From Utricularia gibba (lineage: Eukaryota > Plantae > Magnoliophyta): a stretch of DNA of 64,000 nt. The notes below the pieces were generated by a model. It was not told where the DNA came from, did not search any database, and was given only the letters and a program-made list of their open reading frames with translations. Made by a program: the position numbers and the translations under genes. Of this stretch, positions 13,335 to 25,745 are shown one piece after another. The DNA lies in contig NEEC01000014.1 of NCBI GenBank assembly GCA_002189035.1, positions 3,038,001 to 3,102,000 of the forward strand. The letters run 5' to 3'. Numbering within the stretch: position 1 is the first letter of the stretch; every line of letters begins with the position of its first letter.

Positions 13335-13865
13335 ATCAATCAAGGTCTAATCCAAATTGAGCAGTTACTTCTTGATGTTACTCCCATTGGAGTTGGAACT
13401 TACCGGCAGACTCGACGCAACTGAATGATAATATGGCGTTAATAGCAAGTCTAATTCTGCTAAAGAAGCTATCTTTCCAAACAGATTTATCCATTCATAA
13501 TGGAAATTACATCGTGGAATATAAGCCCAAACAGCTCTGTCCTGTGTTTCAATGATGTGTAAGGTGGTGAAGTTACCATCGACTGTCTGGTGCGAATGTA
13601 AATAGAATACATCTCCTCAACTTGAATCTCATTACTACCAAAGACAGCAATCCCGGCATTCTCTTTCTTTAGATTGAAACGCTATTTCTTTCACACTGCT
13701 GGAAAAATTCAACCATCTCCTTTGAATCTCATGCGCTCTATAAACACATGCAATACCATCTCCAACTGAAGCCACTCGACTCATCTCAAAAACTTTCAAA
13801 GTTGTGTAAAAGTTCCTAATTCGAGTTTCTAGCATAGTGGTTAGTTTTGTAGCTCTCTGTTCCAT
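13335..13865 (-). pseudogene. atp1: Mitochondrial atp1 NUMT, copy A (N-terminal part joined to a later part by deletion)
   Basis: RATKLTTMLETRIRNFY..VASVGDGIACVY..EIQ..GIAVFGS matches the mt ATP1 N-terminus (RAAELTTLLESRITNFY..VGDGIARVY). It then jumps to GDVFYLHS, DGNFTTLHIIETQ..AYIP, NVISI..ICLE..RIRLAIN and AQFGLDLD. Many stops and frameshifts. Confidence 0.92.
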
Positions 13866-14720
13866 TTGTATGATAAATAAAAATCACAGAATCCCACTGT
13901 TTCTATCGTGTAGTTTATGTGACAGAAGCCTATTCTCTCACTTTCTTTTTCATTTTGAGCAGAGCCTTGTTGAAGAATGGAATCAGTGGAGCAATAAGGA
14001 AGTAGCAAGAAATAAGGAAACTGACTCCAAATGTGAAGAGTTGGAAGGTAACCGTAGATGCTTGACCCATACATTGCGTCAGTCACCCTTATACTGTTAT
14101 GGAAGAAACACTCAACATGGAAGAAGCAATCGTCCAAAGTAAGGAAAGAAATCAGTACCTTTGTTTATTTGTTACAAGTCTCTGTAATTTATCTGTCAAA
14201 AAAAAAAAAAAAACCTAACTCTGTCATTCTATTCAGTTAAGCCTATTAAAGGGGGTTATGTCGGTCCCAACCTACCGAATAGCAAACCTCTTCACACCTA
14301 ACCTTCACACTAGCTTGATATTACCTCAATTGGTGCCACATTCATATACGACCTAGCATTACAGATTAATACATACCACATGCAATATGAATTGGAATTT
14401 TTAGGGTCAATGCGACATGAAAGTTCAACCATGTCAGAATCATCCAGAGGTTTACAGATCTTAATCATCAGAGATCGGGCTACAGTCGGAATGTGATAGT
14501 TCGTTTGCAATATTGTTTGGGGCTGGAGCGAAAGGGAACGGCGATGAGATCTCATTAGTTAGGGATCCGATAGCATGAAAGTAGCGTGAAAGAGTTATTG
14601 AAGCTCCAACACGAGGTGGACCAAAGTAGAGCCTTGCTCTTGGATCGGACTCACGGTCTGGAACACAAGACGAATACCTATAAAGGAATAATTCCGCTCC
14701 GATAGTAAATAGATGAATAC

Positions 14721-16100
14721 TGATAAACATAAATTTTAGCATATCCTTGCAATTAAAGCAAATCTCCGTATCAAATAAATTTATAAACCCTAATCTACAC
14801 AAAATACAAATTTAGAAAACTTGTATAATGAATGTCGGGGTTGATCACGAAGAGCTTGTGTTTGCTAAGTGTTTTAGTAAATGCATAATTCGAGCTAACA
14901 GTAAATCTTAGTTTAAGCTCGAACCAACAGTGGTAAACAAGTTCGGTAAACAAGTTAAGTAAATAATATCAAATCTTAACGCTAAGGTAACATGTATTGA
15001 TTTTAACTTAGAATAATACTAAGGTGCCTTAAGGGTCTGCAAGTGGTATGGTGCCAAAATCTCTAACTTAATCTACCATGTTCCTACACTCACAACTTCA
15101 AATAACCTAAGTCTACCCAGGTCATTTATCATATTTTCGGCTAAGTTAGTTTCCCATATCATCACCAACATTGCACTTAGGTCTACTCGCATGCAAAGCA
15201 TATAAAACTAGGTCTACCCGGTTCTACTGGTTCTACCCCGTACTAACACCTACTGCTCCCGTTTTGATTTCTTGGTCTACCTCTAAATCAAACATCTAAG
15301 TTGTAAAACTATTTGTTCTCCTCCTTAGGTCTATCCATGGCTTGATAGAAATAAGAGTTAAGAAACAATGGTAAATCTTATTAAGATTCCTAGACCTACA
15401 CCACTATGCTTCACCTTAAACCACCCTTAGGGTTTAGCTACTTATGCTTTGAAGGTAAAATGTAATGGTATTAACATAAAACAATGAAAATGTTAAGAAC
15501 ATCATGCAGAAGTTGGATGCAAAAACTAAAAACATCAACAAACTAAAATAAAATAATAAAGGTTATGGATTCCGTCTGCCACTATTCCTTGGCCGGAACA
15601 GTGGCGCTGAACTGGTTCTGATACTGTGCTTGAGGATGAAGATCTTCTTCTCCTGTTCTAGTCGGTGTTCTTCATGTTCAAGCTATTGGTCGGTGGAGAA
15701 GTCGTTCTCCCCACCGCTGGGGGTTGCTGAATGTTGGAGGGAAAAACCCCCTATGTGTATTCTGAAAAACGTATTGTCCTCTTGCGATTCTCTCTCCTCT
15801 GCCTTTCTCTCGCCTTCCACTGCCCAAGTCAAGTACATTCTCTGACAAATCTGCTATTCCTGGCACTGACTTGCAGACTGTTGTCGGAACAGTGTATTCA
15901 TTACTTCCTACTGCACGGTAACTTACACGAAATTGGGTTAGAACATGGGTGGGTTAAAGTATTTAGCCCACTAACATACCAAAAATCACATTTTCTTAAA
16001 TTATATATACAAATACTTAAAATTATAAAATAAACAATTAAATATAATTAAAACTCATGATTTTTATATCCTAAAAACATAAAAAAAATTTGTGCTATCA
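14721..16100 (-). mobile_element. Athila-type solo LTR (1380 bp) with 5-bp TSD AATAC
   Basis: TGATA...TATCA termini, flanked by AATAC at 14716-14720 and 16101-16105, and absent at the paralogous site in copy B (about 39130-39150). Its end resembles the reverse complement of the 23021 LTR end. Confidence 0.9.
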
Positions 16101-16409
16101 AATACACAATGTATGAAAGTGGTAGATGCTTAAAAAATACATAAATAGCTGAATTGATTTCCAATGAGATTTTCAAAGAAGTTGATTCAAAAATTCTACT
16201 TAATTGTTATTGATTGTCCTACGCTCATTCTCGGAGAAGGTTGAGTGAGCATTATTACAAGAGAAAGAGATGGTGTACGAGGCTTTTTAGGAGATTTTAT
16301 GTGACTTTAGTTATTGTTTGTTTTCAAATGATATGTTTGGTAGTAAGCTTTAAGATGAAAGTTTTTTATATGGATCAGTTTGAAAGATAACCATGTCTCT
16401 GTACTGAAA

Positions 16410-17665
16410 TTTGAAAGATGGCCATTCTAAAAAAATTTATTGCAAAATAGTCATCTTATTTTTTCAAATTAAAAATATTAATTGAGGTATAATAAACCCA
16501 AATAATTATTAAAAATAAATTTTTTGTACCTAATTAATTTTGATTTCAAATCATAACTATTCATAACATTTTTACAATAATTTTTTTATTATGTTGAAAT
16601 TGAATCACTCTTTCAGATAAAATACTTTCTAAATAAATGTTTAAGAAAACAATGCTTATTGTTCAAAATTTTTAAAAAAATTATTGGATTTATTTTTTGA
16701 CTGAAAAAACATTTATTGCATAGATTATCATCAATAATTATCAATTTTGTATAAACTTATGATGTTGCTTCATAATTTTAATTGAAGTAATGTTGACATT
16801 ATGCAAATGTAGCTAATTAAATGAACAATAAATTAGTAATTTTGTTAATATCCATATTCGGCAAAGGAGAAATAAGTCGTAATGGAGCTACATTCGACTT
16901 GTAGAATTTTTACTTGCACAATCCAAACTACCACATTTTACATAAACTACGAGAATTGAATTGCAAAGCGAAAAATCCATTTCCATATGGTGATTTCACA
17001 TAAAAATATCCATAGATTTCACGCATGAGTGCAATTATGATTGTAACTCCATAGTGTCATAAGTTATTTCATCATTTTAAATCATCTCTTCAAAAACTTT
17101 GCTAGCATAGTCCAAGTTACCACATTTTGTGTAAAATACGATAATCGAATTACAAAGTCAGAGATCAATTTCTATATATTGATTCATACCAAATTGATGC
17201 ACTTCGATCCCAAATAAAATATCAATGAAATCCACTGCCGACATGTGTCTAAACAAAATTACTAACGGATTGTTTATTTAATTAGCTACATTTGCACAAT
17301 ATCAACATTATTTCAATCAAAATTACGAGGCAACATCATAATTTAATACTAATTTGATAATTATTGATGATAAGATTATGCATAAAATGTTTCTTTTGTT
17401 CAAAAAATAAATCCAATAAATTTTTTAAAATTTTAAGCAATAAGCAGTGTTGATGCATTCATTTGGAAAGTATTTTATCTAAAAAAGAGATTTAGTTTCC
17501 ACATAATAAAAAAATTATGAATGTTATGAATACACATGATTCTAAATCAAAATTAATTGCATTTGAAAAATTTACTTTGAATAAATATTTGAGTGCTGCT
17601 TATTATGATAATGAAAAAATTTTTAATTTTCAAAAATAAACCAATAATTTTTTACAATAAATTGA
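16410..17665. mobile_element. Foldback/MULE-like non-autonomous element with about 420-bp inverted arms
   Basis: About 16440-16860 is the diverged reverse complement of about 17240-17660. The spacer holds a roughly 90-bp direct repeat (about 16915 and 17105). Another copy of the terminal motif lies at about 18325-18375. Absent from copy B. Confidence 0.65.
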
Positions 17666-19379
17666 TAAATAAGTATTTTGAATGCTTCTTATTATCATTA
17701 GACAATGCTCAGAAGTTGTTGAACATGACTTATTATCAATAAACCTCATCTAAATATTCAGAGTGTTATTTAGTATCATTAATCGACGTCTTGATTCCTT
17801 TATACTCTTTTTATTAGCACTAAACTACATCCATTAACACTTTTATCAATAGTTTGTAATGCGGAAGTATGATGCAGTTTTAATGTAAGAGAAAAATAAA
17901 TATTATTATGAAAATGTTGTTACTTCATATGATTCTAAATTCAGATTAATGATGTTTGAAGAACTTGTTTCACGTAATTACTAGATTTTAGATAAATGTA
18001 TAATATATATTATTTAAGTATTTGAATATTACATCTCTATTTGGGTTATATAATTAACTAGGAGACTGCAAATTTACTTTTTGTGATCGTGACACATATG
18101 AGAATTTCAATAATGCAAATTAGATATTTTGTAATATTTTATACAATATTTTGATGTTAAATATGAAAAAGAATGTAATTATACTTAATTTTGAAAATAG
18201 TAATTTAAAAGAAATGAATTATTTCATTTTCTATATATTGACATGTCAATATATTTTATGAAACAAATCATTTCTTTTTAAGTGTATTTATAAAATAATT
18301 CATTTTTTAAATGATGTATATAGAATATTGCCATTTTGCAAAGAAATATTTGAAGATCCATCTTTCAAGTTAGACATACCATATAAAAGATATAATGCTT
18401 GGCCTCATATAAAAGAAGAGAGAGATGGTTTTAGTTAAAAGATTGGTTTAATTTTATGTATTTATATGTTTACAATTAAATTAAAGATGCAGTTATCATT
18501 CTCTTACTCCTCAAATATTAATTTATACAATTAACCTACCTCTCTTTTTTATTGATCCCGTGGCTAATTAATCTAAGGAACAGGATACGTCATGCGAAGT
18601 TAAAGATCTGGCTTTATCTACACTTTTGCAGGATTTTTCCGAATTTTTGTTATAATAACTCAACCCCATTACAATGGAAAGATGAATTATTCCCTTATAA
18701 ATTCCTGTGGTGACTTTTTATTAACAACGGTGACAATTCAACAAAGGAGAGGATTTACAATAAATGTGATATTTAATTTAGTGATAAAAATGTTATTTCT
18801 TATTAAATTAACTTACAATTTATCAATTTTATGTAAAATCATATATATAACACTTATATACGAAAATCTATTTTATTTCAAATCTGTTTAACTATGTTCA
18901 TATTTACTCAGTACCACTACCAAATGTCCCCTTAAAGTACTCAAAATGGGTGACCTCATTCAATAAAAAAGTGTTTTCCTACAGGGAAGATTTTTCCTCA
19001 ATTCATCCATACTTAAAGTTAAGGTTTATTTTTCAAGCGTATGAATGAATCTTTTTTTTTGTACCGAGTCAAAGTCTAGAAAATGAATAATGAGATTAAG
19101 TGTTATACTTGTTCCAATTATTCCTTTAGTTATGATCTAAGGTTCAATTTTCTATTAGGCATTTTTGGGGAGTAGCATGCTTCCCATTATGCAATAGGGC
19201 AATCTCTTGCACTGTATTAAAGGAGCATGGGACAGAGGCATGATTTTGTCAAGGAAGTGATGAATAAAATCAATATTACAACATACAATTATTCAAAAAA
19301 AAATTTCAAAAAACAATATATTCAACGTAACCTAAATTGGAGTCAAAGGTTTTTCATACTCTCAAATTCATATATGAAA

Positions 19380-19920
19380 CAATCAACATAAAAAATTCAA
19401 ACAATATCTTTTTCAATGTATATAATCAAAGAGTAAGATAAAAAATCATTTTTTAATTTATTTCGCAATGGATGATTCACAATTTTCATCGCCGAAAATG
19501 CATATTCAGATGTCGCTATAAAAACTGGAATAGCCAAAACTAGTCGAATCAGCCTATCAACAAGATAATAATTCACTGACTCCCAAACATGATTCGATAT
19601 ATTTAAAAAAAACTTGAGATGGAACTGAAAATTTATGTTAACATTTATACAAAAAACTCCAATTGGTATCTGAAATGTATTTTTTTTTATCTGTATGTGG
19701 ATAGAACTTTTCAATCATTCAACAAATTTTGAGAAAATCGCATGATTTATAACCACCTTTAGGGCTCAAAGTTGAACACAGTTTGAGCAATTTAACTACG
19801 TTTCCATTAAATATGCTACTCATCTCATCTAATATATAGTCTAAATGGCTATAAATATCTCAAATCGATAATAATATTCAGATGTAATAGGAAACCTTAG
19901 AAACCATGAATGATTTTTTT
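19380..19920 (-). pseudogene. hAT transposase C-terminal (dimerisation domain) remnant
   Basis: YRFEIFIAI.DYILDEM...LLKLCSTLSP and YYLVDRLIRLVLAIPVFIATSEYAFSAMKIV..LRNKLKNDFL..LIIYIEKDI. Confidence 0.85.
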
Positions 19921-21090
19921 AACATGTTCAACTGAATCAATATCATTCAAGATATACTAATCTCTATACTATAATATTCTATATAGATTTTTTATCAACT
20001 TCAATCACTTCTTGAAGACAAATTCTTAATACATTTGAAAGATTATTCGGGTGGAATCATTGGTAATCAAAGTATTTATTAACGAATGATGTGCATGTTT
20101 TATGCTATTTTATAGTGTTTTTAATGTGTGTTTATTTTCTATTTTGAAATGACAGAATTATATTATGTAAAATTATTTTATTAAAATATAAAATACTTTT
20201 AAGTTAAAGAAAATTTTAAAAACTAAATATTTTAAAATAAAATTATTGCACACTCTCTTACAAAAAAATTAACCTTGTCCTATGCGGCACTTCTCTGTTA
20301 ACTCTTAGACCTGGGGGTGCCTGCAAGCAGTTCCAAAACCTGTTGTACTCGGATATCACTTGTTTGCTAAAGCCGCGAGATCTGAAAACCCGGGAAGGCC
20401 ATTCTTCTTCAGCACCCAGTCATGGGGCCGGAAGAAAGAAAAATGAAGGCTGCCATGTGTTTAAATAGGGATCATGATAATTAACATCTTTGGCTGTATT
20501 TTACGACTCCTGCTTCAAGACATTATTTCCTTTCAATCAATGCTTGCAAAGCCCAAAAGACTTTCTCTTCAACCTCGTGTTGCAGAAATCAAAATCATCT
20601 ATTTCAGAGTAAACCGGTGCAAGTGTTTGTTTCCGGCTTCCGCCTTCACCTTCATCGTTCCTCCAACAATAATATTTATTTTTAAAATATTTAGTGGAAT
20701 ATTATAAAATTATATTATAAAACTTAATAATATAAATATATATTATAAAGTTAATATATTAAATTAATGTATAATTTAATTTATGGTATAAATTCATTTT
20801 TAAAGTAGATAAAAATTTAATATTATAATTTTTCTAATTAATTTCTTATTTAATCTTCAGAATAGAGATTAAAAAATTAGAACTTTTAAATTAATTATGT
20901 AATCTAAATTTTTGATTTTACTATAAAACACTTAAAAATTAAAATTTTTAAAAATTAAATTAAATTATTTTAGAAAATTCTTTACATAGAACATTCCGCT
21001 CAAGTTATGAGAATTTATTGTATCATTTTAAGAATACAAACAAGAGATCAATTAGCACACTAATGCTTAAGAGCTACTCAATCACTCTTA

Positions 21091-21364
21091 GAGTATCTTT
21101 ACTCATTTCAGGAAATGCCATCAGCATTTTCGGAAATGAGGTAAATGTTCCCAAAATGAATAATCTTATTTTTTTTTTGGAAACATAAATAAGGAAACTT
21201 GATTTACTTCCGGAAATAATTTAAAATGTAGTTTATAATATTTATTTTAATATTACAGTTTTCGGAAATAGATACAAACCTAACGAAAACTTAATAAAAT
21301 AAACCTAATAACTTAATTTTCGGAAATGCAATGTTAGCATTTCCGTAAACGAGTAAAGATGCTC
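21091..21364. mobile_element. MITE-like element with about 28-bp TIRs
   Basis: GAGTATCTTTACTCATTTCAGGAAATGC (21091-21118) is nearly complementary to GCATTTCCGTAAACGAGTAAAGATGCTC (21338-21364). Internal TTCGGAAAT/TTCCGGAAA motifs are repeated. Confidence 0.55.
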
Positions 21365-21469
21365 TTACAATCTCAATCGCTACTGAAGAACTCTCTCTCC
21401 CATCACCGTTTGTCCCACATTATATGCAGTCCTTATTTGTAGAGCTTCAAGTGCTACATACGTCAGTAA

Positions 21470-21830
21470 TTACCACCTCAAGATTTCACGGTCTAGCGAT
21501 GACTTTTTGCCTGGAGAGGAACACGCTTAACCTGCTAAGACCAACCCACAAGTGCTATGCTCACCTTTAGCAATTTAATCTTTTCCTGCTCCATGATTTC
21601 CCCAATCCAATGGTACCTCGTGTCCACATGTGTCCACATGGGACTGATGACCTGCATACTTGCTCAATGCAATCGCACATTGATTATTACAGCAGATTTG
21701 TATTTTATGATCACTAAGACCTAGTTCTTATAAAGACTTGGCAAGTCAAAAAGCCTCTTTTGCTGCTTTAGATCTGGCCATATACTATGCCTTAATGGAT
21801 GAAATAGCTATGCATTTTTGCAGACTAGAC
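21470..21830 (-). pseudogene. Ty1/copia RNase H remnant truncated at the Athila element
   Basis: AISSIKA.YMA..AAKEAF.L..ELGL..IQICCNNQCAIALSK..HVDTRYHWI. Confidence 0.75.
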
Positions 21831-21833
21831 ATT

Positions 21834-23021
21834 TGATAACACATATTTTTGAGTAACTCAATGCATAGAATTTACTCATTTTGTGCTACAAAAATTAAGT
21901 TTTATTGCCTAGTTTTATATTTTTGCACATAAGTACCGTAGTAGTGTCAATTTAGTCTTAGTTGGGACTAAACCCTAAACCCTAAATCGCAGATTTAGTC
22001 CCAACCCTCTAATAGTTTTATTTGAGTAATGCACTGCAGGTCACAACACAAATCCCAAGGAGCCGAATATGCACAGTGTAGTGGCAGAAGATGAGTCCAA
22101 AAGTTTGCAAATTGGTACACACAAAATCCAAGGAGGGAAAAAGGGAGGTTTTGGACAAAAAGGAAGAAAAGATGAGAGAGAAGACATATCTCCCTTTGGA
22201 GACTCAAGACAAGTTTCTGGAGATTTTTCTGGAGGAAGAAGGAGGAGGGGACGACGAACCAGAAGAACACAGCTTCTCTTGAGAAATTATTTTCGTTCTT
22301 CATGTTTAATGTTCCTAGCTAAGACTAGATTTGGATTTCCTGTGTGAATGAAGTGTCTGTCCTACTTTTGCTTCATATTGCTCGTTGTTGTTTAGCATTT
22401 GTAGCCAAGATGTTGCTTAGTATCTGCTATGAAGATGTTTTACTTTCCATTACCATGAGTAGCTAAGCACTTAGGGTGGTGCCTTGGGGTGAAAAGGGGA
22501 GAAATATGCTAATCCATCCTTAGACCTAATAAATCATAAGTCACACTACTTCCTTAGAAAACCGGGATAGATCCAGGAGGGAGAGGTAGTGAAATCCAAC
22601 TAACAACCCTAATTAGAGGTAGACCAAAGATTAGGGGAAAAAACAAGAATCCGAGTAGACCTAGATCTTGTAAGTTAGTTGTATGATTTTTGATTTATGT
22701 GAGCTTGTTTAGTGATAGGCATACATCCCCTAAGAGTCCCAAGGCATTACCCATTCCATTCCAGAAACTACTGAATCCAAACTTGTTACCTTTTCCTTAC
22801 TGCATTCCATCTTAGATCTGTTTTATTCCTAGCTAAGACCAATTTTACCAACGTGACATTGATTATATGCATTAACACTTACATAGCAAGCACCTGCTCT
22901 TCGTGTTCGACCCTAATCACTATGCTCATAATTGTTTTATGCTTGAAGATGTATTAGGTTATAAATTTATTTGATAGAAAAAATTGCAATTTAACGACAT
23001 TGTGTAATTTTCCGTTTATCA
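21834..23021 (+). repeat. Athila 5' LTR
   Basis: TGATAAC...TTTATCA; the first roughly 570 bp align with 27844-28341. Confidence 0.9.
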
Positions 23022-23042
23022 AATTGACGCCGTTGCCGAAGA
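23022..23042 (+). promoter_or_regulatory. Primer-binding site (tRNA-Asp type, decayed)
   Basis: AATTGACGCCGTTGCCGAAGA directly after the LTR, compared with the Athila consensus TGGCGCCGTTGCCGGGGA. Confidence 0.8.
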
Positions 23043-23210
23043 GCGGTGTTTAATTGTTTTGTGATTCGCTTGATGCATTTGCGTTCTTCTGGTGCATGTG
23101 ATCTTGTTTTTCACCTAGAAATCGAGAGAACTATCAGCAAGAACCGCACAAGAGTGAGAGAAGCAGCAAGGTTGAGCAGACTCCTTGCTATTACTCAAAT
23201 TTATTTCAAT

Positions 23211-24832
23211 ATGGCAGAACAGGAGAAGACTTTGAATGAGCTTGATGCAGTTGACCACACGTACAGAGGGCTGTGTATAAGGTTCTTTCATGACACAGCA
23301 AACGAATTGAAGCCAGCTATGATAAATTTTCTGCCTAAATACTATGGAAAAGTGGGTGAAAACCCACATGAACATCTTGATAATGTCACTGCTGTTTGCA
23401 CCTCCTTTAAGAGTGCTGGGATGAGTGAGGATGCCATCTGTTTGAGGGCATTCTAGTTTACACTGGAAGGGAGCGCAGAGACATGGTTCAACTCTTTGAA
23501 GCCTGGAAGTATTACAGATTGGTCAGGGATGAAGAAAGTATTTCTCAGCAAATATTTCCCTGCTTCAAAGGCTGAAGGGATACGAAAGGAAATCAGTGAC
23601 ATTGAGCAAACAAGTGGAGAATCTTTACATGAATATTGGGAGCGTTTTAATCACCTGCTAGGCTCCTGTCCACACCACGGATTTCAGACCAATGCATTGG
23701 TCAAGTATTTTTATGATGGTCTTCTATGCATGGATAGGGCCATGGTAGACTCTGCAACAGGTGGGTTTTTGAGAAAAAAAACTCCCATAGAAGCTCTTGC
23801 ATTACTTGAGGAGTTGGCTGAACACTCCAGACATATTATCAGAAAATAGGCTTCGAACAAAAGGGTTTATGAGCTGGAATGCATGCCAAAACCATCAGAA
23901 AGTGAGTTGACGAAAAATGTGGCTGCCATGTCTGAGATGATGAAGGAGTTATTTTTATTCCAAGCTAAGAATTTGGATGCAGGGATCATCCAAATTTCAG
24001 ATGGAGTAACAATGATAATGCTTACAAGGGTGAGAGTTCATCTGTTGGACAGCAAGTGTTTCAGTAAAATTTCCAAGAGCAGCAACAACGTTCTTATCAA
24101 GCTCCACAATTTCGCAAACCAAACCAGCAGATGCAGCAGCAATTTCAACTTCCAAACCAAAATAATGCTGGAGGAAACTCTGAGAATTCTTTAGAAGAGA
24201 TGCTGAAAATGTTTATGGTGCAATCAACCAAAAATGAAGTAGAGAATCGACAAGCCATCAAGAATTTGGAGACTCAAGTGACTCAATTGGCACTGGAGCT
24301 TGGAGAATTAAAGAAGAAAGGAGAGCCAACAACGTCATATTCAAATTCTGGTGGAAGAATGAATTGCAGCGCCATGACATTGAGGAACACAAAGGGGAAG
24401 CCAGACGGGAATTTAGTCCAATCTGGGAGTAAAACTGACGAGAAGCAGAAATTTTATGTTGCGGTTGAGGACAAGGAAGAAGTGATTGCTCATCGAGAAC
24501 TTACTAAAGTAGAGATTACTCAACCACTTCTTTCTGATAAGTTGGAGACAAAAGAAGAACATGATGAGAAGGAGAAGATTTTGAAGGTCTTGGGTAATAC
24601 TCAACTTAATTTGAATATTTTGGATTACATTTCCATGGTACCACGTAGTGTCAAATATTTGAAGCACCTCTGCATGACCAAGCCCAAGATGAAGGAAAAA
24701 GAGAAGGTATTTTTAAGTGAGAGTTGTTCAACCTTCCTCACCCAAAAAACTTCTAGAAAAATGCAAGGATCCAGGTATATTTTTTATTCCTTGCAAGATT
24801 GGAGATTTGAATGTCAAGAGAGCAATGGCTGA
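23211..24832 (+). pseudogene. Athila gag pseudogene
   Basis: ELKPAMINFLPKYYG..ENPHEHL..ICLRAF, KYFPASKAEGIRKEISDIEQ..ESLHEYWERF..CPHHG and QAIKNLETQVTQLA; in-frame stops at about 23454 and 23847. Confidence 0.9.
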
Positions 24833-25745
24833 TTTAGAAGCTGCTGTTAATGTGATGCCATATTCAGTTTATGAAGCTCTTAGATTGGGACCTTTGCAAG
24901 CTGTTGGAGTACAAATTGAATTGGCAAATCGAAGCCTAATTTCTCCCAAAGAGTTGGTAGAAGATGTGTTAATTCGAATTGAAGATCTGATATTTCCAGC
25001 TGATTTTTATGTGGTCAATATGCCTGCTGGAGGATCAAGTGATACCACCATAATTTTGGGAAGACCATTTTTTAGCACATCCAATGTTATTATCAATGTG
25101 AAAATGGGGACAATTGAGTTGTCTTTTGATAAAGAGAGGATTTTACTTGAGATGGAAGATGTGACAGAAAATCCTAGTGATTTTGAAGATATTTGTTCTA
25201 TGGACTCAACTGAAGGATTTGTTGAAGAATATATAGAGAGAGAAGATGACAAGAAGGAAAAAGGATATGAAGAAGTCTTTATTGAAGAATCAAATGGTGG
25301 GGTGAAGATGAGGCATTTGAATGCTGTACAAGATGAACCAAGAGATGGATGCGTGAATTTCAAGCCTTCTCTAACTCACACGAAACAGGTTTTGGTTGAT
25401 GTTGAGAAGAAAAATTCCAGTGTTAGTCTTATCTCGGACCAAGAATCAATATTATTTGAAGGATTCATACAAAATCCAAAGGAAATTTTGGATAATGTTG
25501 AAGGGGAGAATGTTTATGTTAATTATTTCAGGAAAATTGATGGATTTGAAGATGCTTACATGGTTGCAGAAACATATCCCAATGAACAATTACTCCTAGG
25601 TAAGACTATAACTTGGGAACGAGGTTCTACTGATATTGTTAATTTCATTGCTGCAGGAATTGTACCAATTGGAGATGAATGCAATGAAATGAACATGTAT
25701 TTCAATGATGAAAAATCTAATGTGTGGGAGTATTCAAAATGTTGA
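24717..25745 (+). pseudogene. Athila aspartic protease region plus acidic tail (open 342 codons; catalytic DLG appears as DLE)
   Basis: KCKDPGIFFIPCKIG..AMADLEAAVNVMPYSVY..IELANRS..VEDVLIRIEDLIFPADFYV..IILGRPF. Confidence 0.85.

Larger units (their letters stand above)
12870..20350 (+). repeat. Segmental duplication copy A (paralog of 29700-41750)
   Basis: Collinear direct homology blocks: 12880-13410/29715-30210, 13640-13935/32345-32620, 14150-14410/32860-33143, 14410-14710/38560-39130, 16105-16375/39145-39420, 18445-19085/39440-40088, 20030-20255/41288-41540 and 20305-20348/41695-41737. Confidence 0.9.

Noticed and set aside
13635-13865. Plastid atpA, or a functional nuclear atp1 gene
   Set aside because: The N-terminal residues match mitochondrial ATP1, not plastid atpA. 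Both copies have stops, frameshifts and large deletions, and there is no targeting presequence.
14490-14555. Resemblance of LQPQTIL..ARSLMIKI to the rpl14 N-terminus, or of Y.IP.V.R to matR
   Set aside because: Only a few scattered residues match and the similarity does not continue.
18940-18957. 5S-like 12-mer ATGGGTGACCTC (also at 39947-39958)
   Set aside because: The flanking sequence does not match 5S rRNA, so it is too short to call.
19076-19079. CTAG as a Helitron 3' end for the duplicated unit
   Set aside because: There is no GC-rich hairpin, the next base is A rather than T, copy B has CTAC, and homology resumes further right.
20350-20707. GC-richer ORF (77 aa) as a host exon
   Set aside because: No recognisable protein motif or splice context in any frame.
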